Under the pieces are notes generated by a model. The model was not told the origin of the DNA and did not search any database. It worked only from the letters and a program-made list of their open reading frames with translations. A DNA stretch of 64,000 nt. It comes from an uncultured Rhodospirillales bacterium. GTDB lineage: Bacteria > Pseudomonadota > Alphaproteobacteria > UBA9219 > RGZA01. This document shows positions 43,701-53,300 of this stretch, in pieces (the first letter of the stretch is position 1; each line of letters opens with the position of its first letter). The stretch covers positions 103,900 to 167,899 of the forward strand of contig CAZMQI010000001.1 of assembly GCA_964568585.1 (NCBI GenBank), given 5' to 3'. Both the position numbers and the translations under genes were made by a program.

Positions 43701-43702
43701 AC
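34751..43702 (-). CDS. Filamentous haemagglutinin-like TpsA adhesin (2983 aa) with TPS domain, beta-helical repeats, MBG-like domain and YDG repeats
   Basis: Signal peptide then NPEGG; IDWRGFDI, LNRV, NQNGVVFG TPS domain; LLLDPADITI; KVYDG-type repeats. Confidence 0.92.
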   Translation of the reverse strand: MDKPNDIPLWRRPCWNKFLRCLCAWLIFTHAIPLRANPEGGVVSAGNATITSNASTVRINQHSDRAVIDWRGFDIAPNERTEFQQPGSGSIALNRVNSNAASRIDGQLSANGNIVIVNQNGVVFGRGAQVDVNSLIATTSDIRNDQFMAGGKLVFDKPGNPNAQIINEGTITAKDAGLVGLVAPRVENRGVITARLGRVHLASGDTATVDFYGDGLLEVAVSDHVSKQLVRNTGVINADGGLVAMTAAAGKNIVDSVVTSQGMIAAKSVAQRSSKVLIAGNDVSDVIIDGLINASGLAAGQTGGAVHIIGKRIALMNDSRVDVSGNAGAGEILVGGDYHGGAYRGMLHQPSAAIEWGNTPGGYSAINGSPTAAFFAAYYAGLSPTGVVPTASRVFIDKNVMMVASSDAGHAGRIITWSNNGSVFKGHADVSSKGIDGNGGFIEISGKDWLAFNGTVNTHSTFASNGMLLLDPADITISNAVDSDITGASPFDSTGAATSNLNVTTLQNALASGSVTITSAAGAGGTGNITFTDAVAWNSSNGLTVTASNNIIVNNTITNSGSGSITLNANIAGAGSITINDDVSTGGSITALANRDVTLAATKTLTTGAAGTMNLRAANGVVGGTGNLTINGNLSVGSGGLTLVSGINGTRPSLTLSTANFTQQGASIGAINISGFQDVTLNRSLTAASTIAIAPQRDFIVGASGALTSTNPGYAVAITAARDLTITAGGSIATTATGSLNLQAAGGSTAATGNLNLNGSISVGSGALTLLSGINGTRPNLVISSGTFTQLGATVGTLTFSGFQDITLSKNVASSAAITAINPTRDFFASGTAVITSTGNITINPGRDFITSGTASITANSNFIVLAQRDITIGAGTTVSSNSVSGVTLQAANNSIVGTGNLTIAGNISVGTGGLTLVSGINGTRPSLTLNTTTLTPLGATIGAISITGMLDVTVARNITSSGVITISPQQSFTINNSATLATTGASAITILALRDITSVAGSTISAGTTGSITLQAANNVVAGTGNLTLGGNISIGTGALTLSSGINGTRPSWTIDNSTYTQLAGTVGVVTINGFQDVTVSKAMTGSGAITINPQRDFILSASQTITVGGAGVFTVLAQRNITTNASSVITTGATGGVSLRAANAVVAGTGNLTLGGKINIGTGALTLVSGINGTRPSLTLNSTSLGLLGATVGAVSITGIQDVTLAMNLPGSGAITISPQRDFILNSGFTLSTNSASTITILALRDITAAATSVISAGTTGSISLTAANNVVAGTGNLTLGGNIAVGSGTLTLLSGINGTRPSWTMDNTTYTQNAATVGTVTINGFQDVTVSKAVTGSSSITINPQRNFTLSASQTITVGGAGVFTVLALRDITANASSVITTGATGGISLRAANNVVAGTGNLTLGGNLSVGSGVLTLTSGINGTRPSWTIDNTTYTQNAATVGVVTINGFQDVTVSKAMTSNGAITINPQRDFILSASQTITVGGAGVFTVLALRDVITNASSVITTGATGGVSMRAANAVVAGTGNLTLGGKINIGTGALTLVSGVNGTRPDLTLNSSSLALLGATVGATSITGLRDITVAMNLPGNAGITIGAQRDLTLNVSQTITTGAAGGLSLTAANNVVLGTGNLTINGNLSVGSGALTLTSGINGTRPSYTMTTSNFTQQGATLGAITISGFLDFTVNRNLTSSGAIALISNRDLNISATRTITGGAATAISMQAANGAVGGTGNMNMLGTISVGTGNLTLLSGINGTRPSLTLNSTNLIRQGATFGAINLQGFATLTIARPINTTTTITISNNTSTALASDITSTGTMTFSNALVIAEAATVNITSTNAAIAFGSTINGTAGGVSENLNVSAGTGTVTFSGITGGTAPLGNVTITADNVTLSANMIGTGTLTFAPTAGRAVNIGTAAADALTTSGLNFSTTEMGRVVNGWGSLVFGSTTAGALTNSTASWSDPVSFITGNDFASTVALTSADPILVQAVRDVLLTQTIATTNTSANAIILSAGRNFINTAGANPLTTGAGGRWLVYSANPTDATGEETMSNAFNRYTCTYGGVCPTLSTGNGLLYSYTPLLDVQIDPQSYNYGDAIIPPTGYTLQTSGYLNALDTSQGSVGGVGNFSTSYVQGDNAGTSFTITNNGSTFISNLGYGFNYVSPTGLTVGQRQITVQVSDQTRVYGNAPSTSAYTLASGSFYSTDAATLALTTDATLSSSGNYNYRATPWTLSANGANFTSGLAGNYNITYLAAPTGLTITQRPLTVTATGTDRVYNGLTGATVTLGDNRVAGDVLTTAYTGASFGDKNVGIGKTIGVTGITVTDTDSGNYTFNTTASASATILQRTLTISATGINKVYDGLTTATATLTDDRVAGDVFNTTYTGNFGDKNAGTGKSISITGINISTGDAANYSFNTTASTSADITQRALTISATGVNKVYNGLTTASVNFGDNRVAGDVFTINYTGSFANKNVGTAKTVSVTGINLTGTDSGNYSYATTASTSADITQRSLTISATGNNKTYDGLTTATATLTDDRVAGDVFNTSYTGNFSDKNAGTGKAISITGINISTGDAANYSFNTTASTSANITQRSLTISATGVNKIYNGLTTAGVNFSDDRVAGDVFTTSYGAANFGDKNVGIGKAISITGLNIATGDAANYTFNTTASAAANITKRALTIGAVGSSKVYDGLTTASVTLNDNRVAGDVFNTTYGTANFANKNVGTAKAISVTGINIATGDAGNYSFNTTASANANITPRTLVASVTGNDKVYNGSTNAALTITDNRITGDALGYSYTANFSDKNVGTGKAISVVGISLVGSAAGNYVTSSTASTSADITPRALLISANSTNKIYDGNAAAVITLSDNRVSGDILTLSYGSATYANSSIGVNKPVTVTGIGLTGIDSGNYTYNTSAFAMSDIITMPPVVVIVPVPTAASDSLSLAQQLPNTVKKGVQTPRTIPEFLLFDDEWQKRQRKLPTLGMLR
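34965..36920 (-). repeat. Eight tandem YDG-type domain repeats (about 245-250 nt each)
   Basis: (K/R)xY(D/N)G...DNRVAGDV...F.DKNVG.GK...NY recurring eight times. Confidence 0.85.
38400..41900 (-). repeat. Ten degenerate repeats anchored on SGINGTRP; exact 378-nt (126-aa) period in the centre
   Basis: Motif positions 40932, 40554, 40176, 39798, 39420 and 39042 are each 378 nt apart; outer copies irregular. Confidence 0.85.
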
Positions 43703-43769
43703 AGAAAAATCCGCTCATGAAAAGGCGTTTTATTTCGACAAAACAAGCCTTTAGGATAAGCGGAAAAGG

Positions 43770-45470
43770 TTAAAATTTTTGGTTGAACTGCATCATAATT
43801 CGGGGGAAATAACGGTCATTTCCGTATAATGGTGCCAATTGGGAATGGTTAATCGGCATTGCAAAGCCTATGTTCCCGCTTTGCCCCCATTCCGTAGCAA
43901 AACGCATACCTAGCCCGGCTGAAGACGCAGAATCGTTCTTAACTTGGCCAATATCATCATTAAATACGGCTCCGTAATCAAAAAATGCATAGGGCTCAAG
44001 GTTAATTGGGCGCAATGAGCGCACCCCACCATAGCGAATTTCTAATCCGGTTTCGAAACCATGATCCCCTACTAGCTCTGAAGAATCGAAGGCCCTGCCA
44101 TACCCATCCCCCCCATAGCCAAATTCCTCGGAAGAGTACAAGGGGCCCGAGGCAATTTGCCCCGCGAATTTGGCCAAGGCAGACCAATCACCGGTAATTT
44201 CTTGCAAGCGTGCAATTGAAATTTCCGCCTTGGTAAAATCGGGCGTAGCTTCTCCGCGGGATAGATTTAATTCGCCCGGCTGGCTTGCACCCAAGGCATC
44301 AAGCCCTTGGCTCAATTTGAAACTGACGACGTTTGAACCTTGCCAATCATCCGTGCGGTCATACAAAGCCCCAAAGCGCATGACGCGAACTTGTTCGCGC
44401 GTCAACGGCGTTCCCAAAATATCGCTGGTAACATCACGGCCATCCATCGACATGATCAACGATAAATTTTCTTGACGTTGACGGATCATCTGGAACTTCA
44501 CACCAATACTGAGATTGATGGCAAGACTATCGATGTCAAGTGGCTCAAGCGTGTGTTCGGGATGCGCCCGTGTGACGCCCGCATCAATGTTCAGCATCAC
44601 ATCCGGTAACGCGACAAATGTATTGCGGATTGAACCATAGTTGAGCATGGCCGTATCTGCACTGGTCAGGCCATAAAAACTGGTTTGATTTAACGGTACG
44701 ATACTTCCGCTCAACGCTGCATTGAACTGGTGCGGCCCCAAAAAGCGCGAGCCAGAATTATCAAAGCCTGCGGACGCATCCAGTGATGTGGGTTGCGGTA
44801 TCAAGGTGAGCATACTGGCACCATCCTCGGCACCTGGAAGTGCTGATAATACTGCTCTAAAGCTCTGTCCTGGCAAGTCGTTCAAGCGCAATAATGCACT
44901 TTCCAATGTCGCTGAAGTAAGCGGTTTTTCATCCTTAATACGCTGGATATAACTACGCACAACATAGTTGCTTTCGCTTGGGTCGGTTAAGACGACTTCC
45001 TTGATGTAACCTTCGCGAACACAGATGCATACTGTGTCCCCTCTGATGGTGTCGGTATCCACCGTAGCACGCGATAGGAAATACCCCGCTTCGCGGTAAC
45101 GTATACTTACCGCATCGGCCATCTCGTAGGCTTCTTTCAGCGTGACAGATTTACCCAAACGATCCGCAAATGGCTTACCCAATTCATCCTGCGTAAATGC
45201 GGTTGCTCCTTCGAATACAACCTTGTTCAGGATAAAACGCTTTTGTTCTGCTCCGCTTGGCGCATTATTTTTTGGTGCAGGCGGCGTAGTGATTGGCGCA
45301 GGAATTTTTTTAGCAATGTCGTCGGTGCTGAGCGGAATATTGCGCTCGATGCGGGATGGATCGGCAGGCCCAGGTACACGAGGTGTCACATCGCTTTGTG
45401 CCAATGCATCGCCCGCACCAAGAATGATGATGATCAGCAATACAAAGTTATAAAAATTACGAAGATCCAT
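43770..45470 (-). CDS. ShlB/FhaC/HecB family TpsB outer-membrane transporter
   Basis: POTRA (YREAGYFLS), LLRLNDLPG, DNSGSRFLG, GRAFD loop, C-terminal Phe; upstream of TpsA. Confidence 0.9.
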   Translation of the reverse strand: MDLRNFYNFVLLIIIILGAGDALAQSDVTPRVPGPADPSRIERNIPLSTDDIAKKIPAPITTPPAPKNNAPSGAEQKRFILNKVVFEGATAFTQDELGKPFADRLGKSVTLKEAYEMADAVSIRYREAGYFLSRATVDTDTIRGDTVCICVREGYIKEVVLTDPSESNYVVRSYIQRIKDEKPLTSATLESALLRLNDLPGQSFRAVLSALPGAEDGASMLTLIPQPTSLDASAGFDNSGSRFLGPHQFNAALSGSIVPLNQTSFYGLTSADTAMLNYGSIRNTFVALPDVMLNIDAGVTRAHPEHTLEPLDIDSLAINLSIGVKFQMIRQRQENLSLIMSMDGRDVTSDILGTPLTREQVRVMRFGALYDRTDDWQGSNVVSFKLSQGLDALGASQPGELNLSRGEATPDFTKAEISIARLQEITGDWSALAKFAGQIASGPLYSSEEFGYGGDGYGRAFDSSELVGDHGFETGLEIRYGGVRSLRPINLEPYAFFDYGAVFNDDIGQVKNDSASSAGLGMRFATEWGQSGNIGFAMPINHSQLAPLYGNDRYFPRIMMQFNQKF

Positions 45471-45559
45471 TATGCACAAGAGTCGAGATTCGAGACATTA
45501 CACGCTAGAAGAGGCAATTATTGTTATCAATCAATGCAGCGCACCCGCCCTTATATGGA

Positions 45560-45616
45560 AGTGGATAACAGCGTGGATAATACAGTGGATAATTATGTGG
45601 GTAATTGTGTGGGTAA
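45560..45616. repeat. Five co-oriented DnaA-box-like motifs at exact 12-bp period
   Basis: GTGG(A/G)TAA at 45561, 45573, 45585, 45597, 45609; each 9-mer is one mismatch from TGTGGATAA. Confidence 0.7.
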
Positions 45617-45765
45617 AACCGGAAATTCCGCAGGTTTTTATGTAAAAAACTGCCGAAAAAACAAAGCAATTTATGTCTCGCTTATAAATTGATGGCCATC
45701 TCCGTATGGAGATTACCACGCCATCCCTAGCAAGGTGTCCACACTTAATGCTCAGGAGAAAACTT

Positions 45766-45975
45766 ATGACGAAGCGGGTATCGCTATTTGATGAAATGAA
45801 ACTTGCTCTGCTCTCGCCCAGCGAAATGGAAGAAGCAATTTTTTATACGGCACTGAAAGATCAACGTCTAACCAAAGACAGTATCATGCAGGCCAATGCA
45901 TATCATGGCGAAATTAAAAATTATCTCAACGCGTTGTCCGCGATGAAACACACAGGTCTCAAAAAAGCAGCCTAA
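45766..45975 (+). CDS. Small hypothetical protein (69 aa)
   Basis: AGGAG RBS before ATG 45766; ends KKAA. Confidence 0.65.
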   Translation: MTKRVSLFDEMKLALLSPSEMEEAIFYTALKDQRLTKDSIMQANAYHGEIKNYLNALSAMKHTGLKKAA

Positions 45976-46008
45976 CCCCTAACCACCCACCAAAAGAAGG
46001 AACATCAC

Positions 46009-46239
46009 ATGAATAATCCATCAGGAAGCCAAACCGTACTCGTTATTATCGCCATCATCATTCTTGGCGGCCTTGGCTATTACGTATTCAACGGTGCGGA
46101 TAACCGTACGACTGCAGAACATGTTGGCGATGCCATCAGCAATCTGCCCAATGGTGCAGACCGCGCAGCCAAAGAACTGGAAAACAAAACCCCAGCTGAA
46201 AAAATCGGCGATAAAATCAAAGACGAAGTTAATAAGTAA
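46009..46239 (+). CDS. Small single-pass membrane protein
   Basis: GAAGGA RBS; TM VLVIIAIIILGGLGYYVF; internally repeated T.AE..GD.I. Confidence 0.75.
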   Translation: MNNPSGSQTVLVIIAIIILGGLGYYVFNGADNRTTAEHVGDAISNLPNGADRAAKELENKTPAEKIGDKIKDEVNK

Positions 46240-46322
46240 AACTATGCTTCCGCCAACCGTAACTAATCTGCTTTAATGCGCGAATAGCGTTTAATGGCAC
46301 AGTTATTGTTGGCGGATTTTTT

Positions 46323-47168
46323 ATGAACAGCATCATCTCGTTTTTTACCATGCTCGCATCCTCGCTTTACCTGCAGCTCGGGCTTGCAGTTGCGAATGCA
46401 CCTTCCTACTTCAGCTCCACTCACATCATCCATAACGTCGCTTATGGGCCGAACCCGGCACAGACGATGGATATCTACATTCCCAAAGCAGCAAAAACCA
46501 AAAAACTTGATGTCGTTATATTCTTTTACGGCGGCAGGTGGACAACCGGCAAAAAAGAGGATTACCGATTTGTCGGCCAAACCTTTGCTGACGCTGATTT
46601 CATCACTATCATTCCCGATTATCAAAAATATCCCAAGGTGCGGTTTCCTGTGTTCGTCGAGGATGGCGCAAAAGCATTATCATGGGTCGTTGACCATATC
46701 GGTCAGTATAACGGCAACATCGCACGCATCAATGTTACAGGCCATTCGGCTGGCGCGCATATTGGCGCATTATTGGCAACCGATGGGCGTTATTTAAAAC
46801 GCGAAAGAAAATCGATTGCCCAAGCCATTCATCGCTTCGCCGGACTTGCAGGCCCATATTCGTTCATACCCGATACGCCTGATTTGCAAGATATGTTTGC
46901 CCCGCCACAACATTACGACCAAATCCGCGCATCAACATTCGTAACCGGCAAAGAACCACCGATGCTGTTGATGTGGGGCGATAAGGATGTGGATGTCGGC
47001 GGCTTTAATCTGGAACAACTGGATACAGCCATTCGCATCAAGCACGGGTTCGTCAAAAGCATTATCTATCCAGGCGTTGATCATATCGGCATCATCCGCC
47101 CCTTCACATGGATGCATCGCTCGCAGCTATCTGTTGTAAAAGACACCATCGCCTTCCTGAGAGAATAA
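46323..47168 (+). CDS. Alpha/beta-hydrolase (esterase/lipase)
   Basis: FFYGGRW, GHSAG nucleophile elbow, YPGVDH. Confidence 0.9.
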   Translation: MNSIISFFTMLASSLYLQLGLAVANAPSYFSSTHIIHNVAYGPNPAQTMDIYIPKAAKTKKLDVVIFFYGGRWTTGKKEDYRFVGQTFADADFITIIPDYQKYPKVRFPVFVEDGAKALSWVVDHIGQYNGNIARINVTGHSAGAHIGALLATDGRYLKRERKSIAQAIHRFAGLAGPYSFIPDTPDLQDMFAPPQHYDQIRASTFVTGKEPPMLLMWGDKDVDVGGFNLEQLDTAIRIKHGFVKSIIYPGVDHIGIIRPFTWMHRSQLSVVKDTIAFLRE

Positions 47169-47255
47169 GCATGACTTGAATAAGCGGGCCTTGACACTCT
47201 GCAACGGTGCGGCAACTCTGGACATATCATATCACTGGAGAATCTCTGAACGCAC

Positions 47256-48743
47256 ATGCCCGATTTTGACATCACGATTATTGGCGGCGGCATCAATGGC
47301 ACTGCGATTGCACGTGATGCAGCGGGACGCGGCCTTCGTGTACTTCTTGTCGAACAAAATGATTTAAGTTCCGGCACATCATGGACATCATCGAAACTTA
47401 TCCATGGTGGTCTTCGCTATCTAGAACAATACGCATTCAAATTAGTTCAAGAAGGGCTGCATGAGCGCTCCATTTTGTTGAAGATGGCGCCGCATATCAT
47501 TTGGCCAGCACGCTTTGTACTGCCACATCATTCCGGTCTGCGGCCTGCATGGCTGCTGCGTCTTGGTTTATTCATTTATGATGTGCTGGCGGGAAAAAGT
47601 TTATTGCCGGGCGCACGACGTGTTGATTTAATAAAAGATGAAGCTGGTGCGTCGTTGCAAGACCGTTATCGCATCGCCTTTGAATATTCCGATTGCTGTG
47701 TGGATGATGCGCGCTTGGTTGTATTAAATGCCGTTGATGCGGCAGGTCGTGGTGCGGATATCCGTACCCGTACACGCTTTGAAAAAGCGGAACGGCACAA
47801 TAATGAATGGCACATCTCATTAAACGCGAAAGGCCAGCACAGCACCATCACCTCACGCATCCTTATCAATGCATCTGGCCCGTGGATTGAAGAAGTGAAT
47901 GCGATGATGCCGCAAGAAATCGAACGCAGTCATGTTAAACACATCAAAGGCAGCCATATCGTGGTGCCACGCGTATTTAATCACGACAAGGCGTATATTT
48001 TCCAGAACGCAGATGGTCGCATTGTGTTTGCAATACCCTATCACACCGATTTCACATTGATTGGCACAACCGATGTGACTGTGACGGGCGATCCAGCCAA
48101 GGTTGCCATATCGGATGAGGAAATTGATTATCTCTGCAAACTAGGAAGTGACTACTTCAAAACACCTATTACTAAAAATGATGTGGTGTGGAGTTTTGCG
48201 GGTATCCGCGCGCTATACGATAACCGCTCGCTCACCGAAAAAGATTTATCGCGTGATTATTTGTTACAACTGGATGGGAACAACACCAAACCGCTTTTGC
48301 TTTCCGTGTATGGCGGGAAACTAACGGCAGCGCGGCATCTGGCGGAAGTAGCGCTGGAACGTATTGCGCCCTTCATACCTATGACAAAGTCATGGACAGC
48401 ACATTCATCCCTCCCCGGCGGTGATTTTGCATGGAATGGCTTTGCAGAACTTGTCAAACAATCACGCAACCAATGGCCATTTTTAACTGAACCCCATGCA
48501 AAGCGCTTGGTGCGCGCCTATGGCACCCGCATTTCCAAAATCATCGGCAATGCAACAACATTAGAAGAAATGGGCGAATGTTTTGGCACAGATTTAACTG
48601 CGAATGAAGTTCGCTATCTAATGAAGCATGAGTGGGCACAAACTGCAGATGATGTATTATGGCTACGCAGCAAGCTTGGCCTGCGTTTTTCGCCGCAACA
48701 AAAAGATGAATTAGCTAAATTCATGACAAGCGAGGCACGATGA
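47256..48743 (+). CDS. glpD: FAD-dependent glycerol-3-phosphate dehydrogenase
   Basis: [34 protein letters not shown]. Confidence 0.96.
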   Translation: MPDFDITIIGGGINGTAIARDAAGRGLRVLLVEQNDLSSGTSWTSSKLIHGGLRYLEQYAFKLVQEGLHERSILLKMAPHIIWPARFVLPHHSGLRPAWLLRLGLFIYDVLAGKSLLPGARRVDLIKDEAGASLQDRYRIAFEYSDCCVDDARLVVLNAVDAAGRGADIRTRTRFEKAERHNNEWHISLNAKGQHSTITSRILINASGPWIEEVNAMMPQEIERSHVKHIKGSHIVVPRVFNHDKAYIFQNADGRIVFAIPYHTDFTLIGTTDVTVTGDPAKVAISDEEIDYLCKLGSDYFKTPITKNDVVWSFAGIRALYDNRSLTEKDLSRDYLLQLDGNNTKPLLLSVYGGKLTAARHLAEVALERIAPFIPMTKSWTAHSSLPGGDFAWNGFAELVKQSRNQWPFLTEPHAKRLVRAYGTRISKIIGNATTLEEMGECFGTDLTANEVRYLMKHEWAQTADDVLWLRSKLGLRFSPQQKDELAKFMTSEAR

Positions 48744-50230
48744 GCGATGTGATTTTAGCAATCGACCAAGGTACAACGTCATCACGTGCAATTGTATTTG
48801 ATAAATCCTTGATGCCGATTGCGTCCGCACAAAAAGAATTCAAACAACACTTCCCCACCCCTGGTTACGTTGAACATGATGCCGAAGAAATCTGGAAAAC
48901 GGTTGTGGAGACAGTTAAATCCGCCATTTCCAAAGCAAATGTGGATGCAAAAAACATCGCTGGCATCGGCATTACCAATCAACGCGAAACCACGGTGATA
49001 TGGGATAAAACAACCGGAAAGCCCATTCATAACGCCATTGTCTGGCAAGATCGCCGCACGGCCGATGCATGCCAAACTCTTCGCCAGCAAGGCCATGAAG
49101 CGCTGGTAAATAAAAAAACCGGTTTGCTGCTGGACCCATATTTTTCAGCAACCAAAATTGCATGGATACTTGATAATGTCTTTGGCGCGAGAGATGGCGC
49201 AAATGCCGGTAAGCTAGCGTTTGGCACCATCGACAGTTTTTTGTTGTGGCGTTTAACAGGTGGCAAGGTTCACGCAACCGATGCAACGAACGCTTCACGC
49301 ACCATGTTACTCAACATCCACACTGGAACATGGGATGATGACCTATTAAAATGTTTTAACATCCCGCGCTGCATTTTACCCGACGTGCGTGATTGCTGTG
49401 CCGATTTTGGAACCACCGCACCGGATTTATTTGGCGCAAGCATTCCCATCCTTGGCATCGCTGGTGATCAGCAAGCCGCAACGATTGGACAGGGATGTTT
49501 CAATGCAGGCATGATGAAAGCGACCTATGGCACAGGTTGCTTTGCCCTTTTAAATACAGGCACAACTGCCATTCCATCCAAAAATAAACTGCTTACCACC
49601 ATCGCTTATCAATTGGACGGCAAACGCACTTACGCATTGGAAGGCTCCATCTTCATGGCGGGTGCAACCGTGCAATGGCTTCGCGACGGCTTAAAAATCA
49701 TCAAGCAAGCGAGTGAAGCCGATGCACTAGCGGCATCTGCGAACACTGCCGAAGCGGTCTATCTTGTCCCTGCTTTCGTAGGTCTTGGCGCGCCGTGGTG
49801 GGATGCCGATGCACGTGCCAGCATTTTCGGCCTGACGCGCAATTCCGGCGCAGCGGAAATCGCACGCGCAGCATTGGAAGCCGTTGGTTATCAGACACGT
49901 GATTTATTGGAAGCCATGCATGCCGACTGGCCAAACACCAGCAACACGGTGCTGCGCGTTGATGGCGGCATGACAGGCAGCGAGCTGACCATGCAATTTT
50001 TAGCTGATATTCTAAATGCGCCCGTTGACCGTCCGGTTGTAATGGAAACAACAGCTAGAGGCGCTGCCTATCTGGCAGGACGCAAAGCGGGCTTGATGCC
50101 GGATCTGGAAACCTTCGCCGCGAATTGGCAACGCGACAAACGGTTTGAACCGAAAATGGATGCAGCCTTACGCAATCAAAAATGGGCAGGATGGCAAGAT
50201 GCCGTAATGCGTACTATTTCGAAACGCTAA
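48740..50230 (+). CDS. glpK: Glycerol kinase
   Basis: [37 protein letters not shown]; 4-nt overlap with glpD. Confidence 0.97.
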   Translation: MSDVILAIDQGTTSSRAIVFDKSLMPIASAQKEFKQHFPTPGYVEHDAEEIWKTVVETVKSAISKANVDAKNIAGIGITNQRETTVIWDKTTGKPIHNAIVWQDRRTADACQTLRQQGHEALVNKKTGLLLDPYFSATKIAWILDNVFGARDGANAGKLAFGTIDSFLLWRLTGGKVHATDATNASRTMLLNIHTGTWDDDLLKCFNIPRCILPDVRDCCADFGTTAPDLFGASIPILGIAGDQQAATIGQGCFNAGMMKATYGTGCFALLNTGTTAIPSKNKLLTTIAYQLDGKRTYALEGSIFMAGATVQWLRDGLKIIKQASEADALAASANTAEAVYLVPAFVGLGAPWWDADARASIFGLTRNSGAAEIARAALEAVGYQTRDLLEAMHADWPNTSNTVLRVDGGMTGSELTMQFLADILNAPVDRPVVMETTARGAAYLAGRKAGLMPDLETFAANWQRDKRFEPKMDAALRNQKWAGWQDAVMRTISKR

Positions 50231-50344
50231 CTACGCGTATTATCCACTATTATTTAAGGCTAAGCCCTTAATCCACTTCATTTAAATATTGCACGGCCCT
50301 AGGATAACGCGACTTATCCTTACCCATATATATGAGCGACCAGC

Positions 50345-53300
50345 ATGCGTGCAGCCAAATTGCTTTTCCCCGTTTTGTTCGGTCTATTTGGTTTGCTCAG
50401 CGCACCATTGCTTGCTGCATATGATACGGGCGGTGCACCGTCCACTAAATCACTTGAAATCATCAAGATCACACCGGAAGGCGAAGATGTGCCTGCGGGC
50501 AAGCAAATCGTTGTGCAATTTAACCGTCCGGTTGTGCCGATTGGAAAGATGGAACGCTCATCTTCCGAAATTCCCATCATCATCGCGCCCGCATTGTCAT
50601 GCGAATGGCGCTGGATAAATACATCTGCACTTGCATGCAATCTGTCCGATAAAGAACCTTTGCAAAGCTCAACGCGCTATACCATCGAAGTTAAGCCCGG
50701 CATCAAAACCGAAGACGGCACGACGATAGAAAAAGCATACGAGCATAGCTTCATCACCGAACGTGCGGATATCCGTTACAAGGAATTCCAACAATGGAAA
50801 TCCCCCAGCCTTCCTGTCGTGCGTTTGGTATTCAACCAACCGGTTGACCAACAAAGTGTTGCCGAACATGTCTATATGCATGTTGGTGAGCCCGCAAAGC
50901 GCGTGGCTGTATTGGTTTCTGCCGATTCCGATGATCAGGATCAGCCCACATTTATGCCTATTCCCGGCGAAAAAGGCGCGTTGGCATTCAAAAAAACTGC
51001 ACCGAAAAAAAGCGATGATGATTTGCGTAAATCAGGTGGCCGTGAAGCACGCCGCATCTGGCTCGTGCAACCTGCGAATGAACTCGGGCCTGACCAACAT
51101 ATTGTTGTGAAACTGGAAGCAGGATTAATTTCCGCGCTTGGCACAGAAAAGAGCGTCGCCACAAACGAGATTGTTCAGTTGGATACCTATCCTGAATTCA
51201 AATTCCTTGGCGTTCGCTGCACCAATAATGCTGGCGAAGCATTAGTATTTGCACCCGGACAATCGACCGAAGGCAAGTGCAACCCGATGCAAGTCGTGAA
51301 CTTGGCTTTCAGCGCGCCGGTTGAACGCGACAAAATGGGCAAGATGCTGGCATTCACCCCGCCCGTGGGTGGGTGGAGACGCAGCGCCGATGAAGATACC
51401 GAGAACGAAGGCGATAGCGCGCCCGAAGTCCCCGCAATCGGTTATCAATTCCGCCAACCCCATACCAAAGATAAAACCTATGAAATCTGGCTGCCACCCG
51501 GCTTGAAGGCAGCGCAGGAATACCAAGTAAAAACACGTATTGAAACGCTTGGCTTCGTCCAACGGTTTGGGCATTGGGTGATGTCACTCTTTGGTCGTTC
51601 GGATGTGATGGATATGAAGGATATTTTTGGCCGTTCCCTTAAATCTTCGGTTGCATCCAGTTTTACCACCGATCATCGTAACCCGAATTTTGTGCTCGAT
51701 TACAGCGATGCGGTTCTGGAAAAAGGCGTGGATAGCGAAGTCCCGCTCTACATCAACAACATCACCAACTACATCATGGCCTATCGCCGTATCACCAATA
51801 CGGGCAGCGAAGCGGATTTGAAGTTCAGTAAGAATACTCCGGAAGTCAAAGATATCCAATTCGCGATACCGCTTGGCGTGCGTGATATGCTGAAGGGTAA
51901 AAGCGGTGCGATGTTCGGTTACTTAACTACCACGCCATCCTTGGGTGGAACGCCGCCGCGCTTATTTGCTGAAGTCACACCATACCAAGTGCATTTTAAA
52001 TTGGGACACTTCGCATCCTTGGCATGGGTCACAAGCCTTGCCACGGGGGAGCCGATTGTTGGCGCGAAACTAAGCCTGTATCAAGACGCCTTCACAACCT
52101 TGACGGAGTCAAAAACCCCAGATGCCAAAGGGGTTACTGACGCATCCGGCATTGCATTATTACCTGGCACCGACACGCTCGATCCTGAATTAAAAATCAG
52201 CGAAACCTATCAGGATGAAGACAAACGCTTCTTCCTAAAAGTTGAAAAAGATAACGAGATGGCATTGCTGCCCATCTCGTATCGCTTTGCGATAAATTAT
52301 TATCGTTCATCGGGCAGTGAAGATATTTGGCCATTCAACAAACAACGCTACGGTCATATGCGTGCATGGGGAACAACGGCGCAAGGCATTTACCGCGCGG
52401 GCGATACCATTCAATATAAAGTATTTTTACGCAATCAGGATAATGACCGTTTCATTCCCGCGCCTACCAAATCCTATCACCTATCGGTCATCGACCCGAT
52501 GGGCAAGATTGTTCATGATGTGAAGGACATCACCCTTTCTGCATTCGGTGGAACCGATGGTTCATTCACCGTTCCAAAGGAAGGCGCGGTTGGCTGGTAT
52601 AAATTCAAGCTCCGCGCCAGCTTCATCCCGGGAAGTGAAGATACGGCAGAAACAGCAAGTGAAGGCGAAGAAAGCAGCGAAGTTCAAGACAGTGATGACG
52701 GCAAATCATGGACGCCAATGCGCGTTTTAGTTAGCGATTTCACGCCCGCCGCGTTCAAAGTTAGCAACCAGTTGAATGGCGATTTATTCCACAGCGATGA
52801 CAAGGTGGAAGTGACGACCCATGCCGAACTCCATTCTGGTGGGGCGTACACCGATGCATCAGCGCGCATTACCGCTATCCTCGATAGCAGCACCTTCACA
52901 TCCAAAAACGAGCTTGCTAAAGCGTTCCAGTTTGACAGCTATGAAAATGAAGTAACGACGCAGCAGCTCTTCCAGAAAATCGACAAGGTGGGTGATAAGG
53001 GAGAGCTATCGCTGGATTTCTCCGCTGGCAAACCAAAAATTGTTTATGGAAAGCTGATGGTGGAAAGTGCCGTTGCGGATGATCGCGGCAAATATGTCTC
53101 TGGCCAAGCGCATGCGGATTACATCGGCGTGGATCGATTGGTTGGCTTGAAATCAACACAATGGGTTTATTCGGTCGGCAAACCCGCTACCATTCAATAC
53201 ATCGTGGTGGATGAACACGGCAATCCAATTAAAGGTACTAAGGTAGCCGTAGCCGTTGAATACAAGGTCACCAAAGCCGCGCGTGTGAAGGGCGCTGGCA

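Noticed and set aside
45560-45616. CRISPR array
   Set aside because: Unit is 12 bp with 4-nt spacers and there are no cas genes.
45243-45692. 149-aa ORF with VDN repeats
   Set aside because: Overlaps tpsB on the opposite strand; the repeats are simply the translated 12-bp boxes.
45480-45705. Chromosomal oriC at the DnaA-box array
   Set aside because: No dnaA, hemE, parAB or gidA nearby, and by eye the plus strand does not switch from C-rich to G-rich across the site. Kept only as a box cluster.
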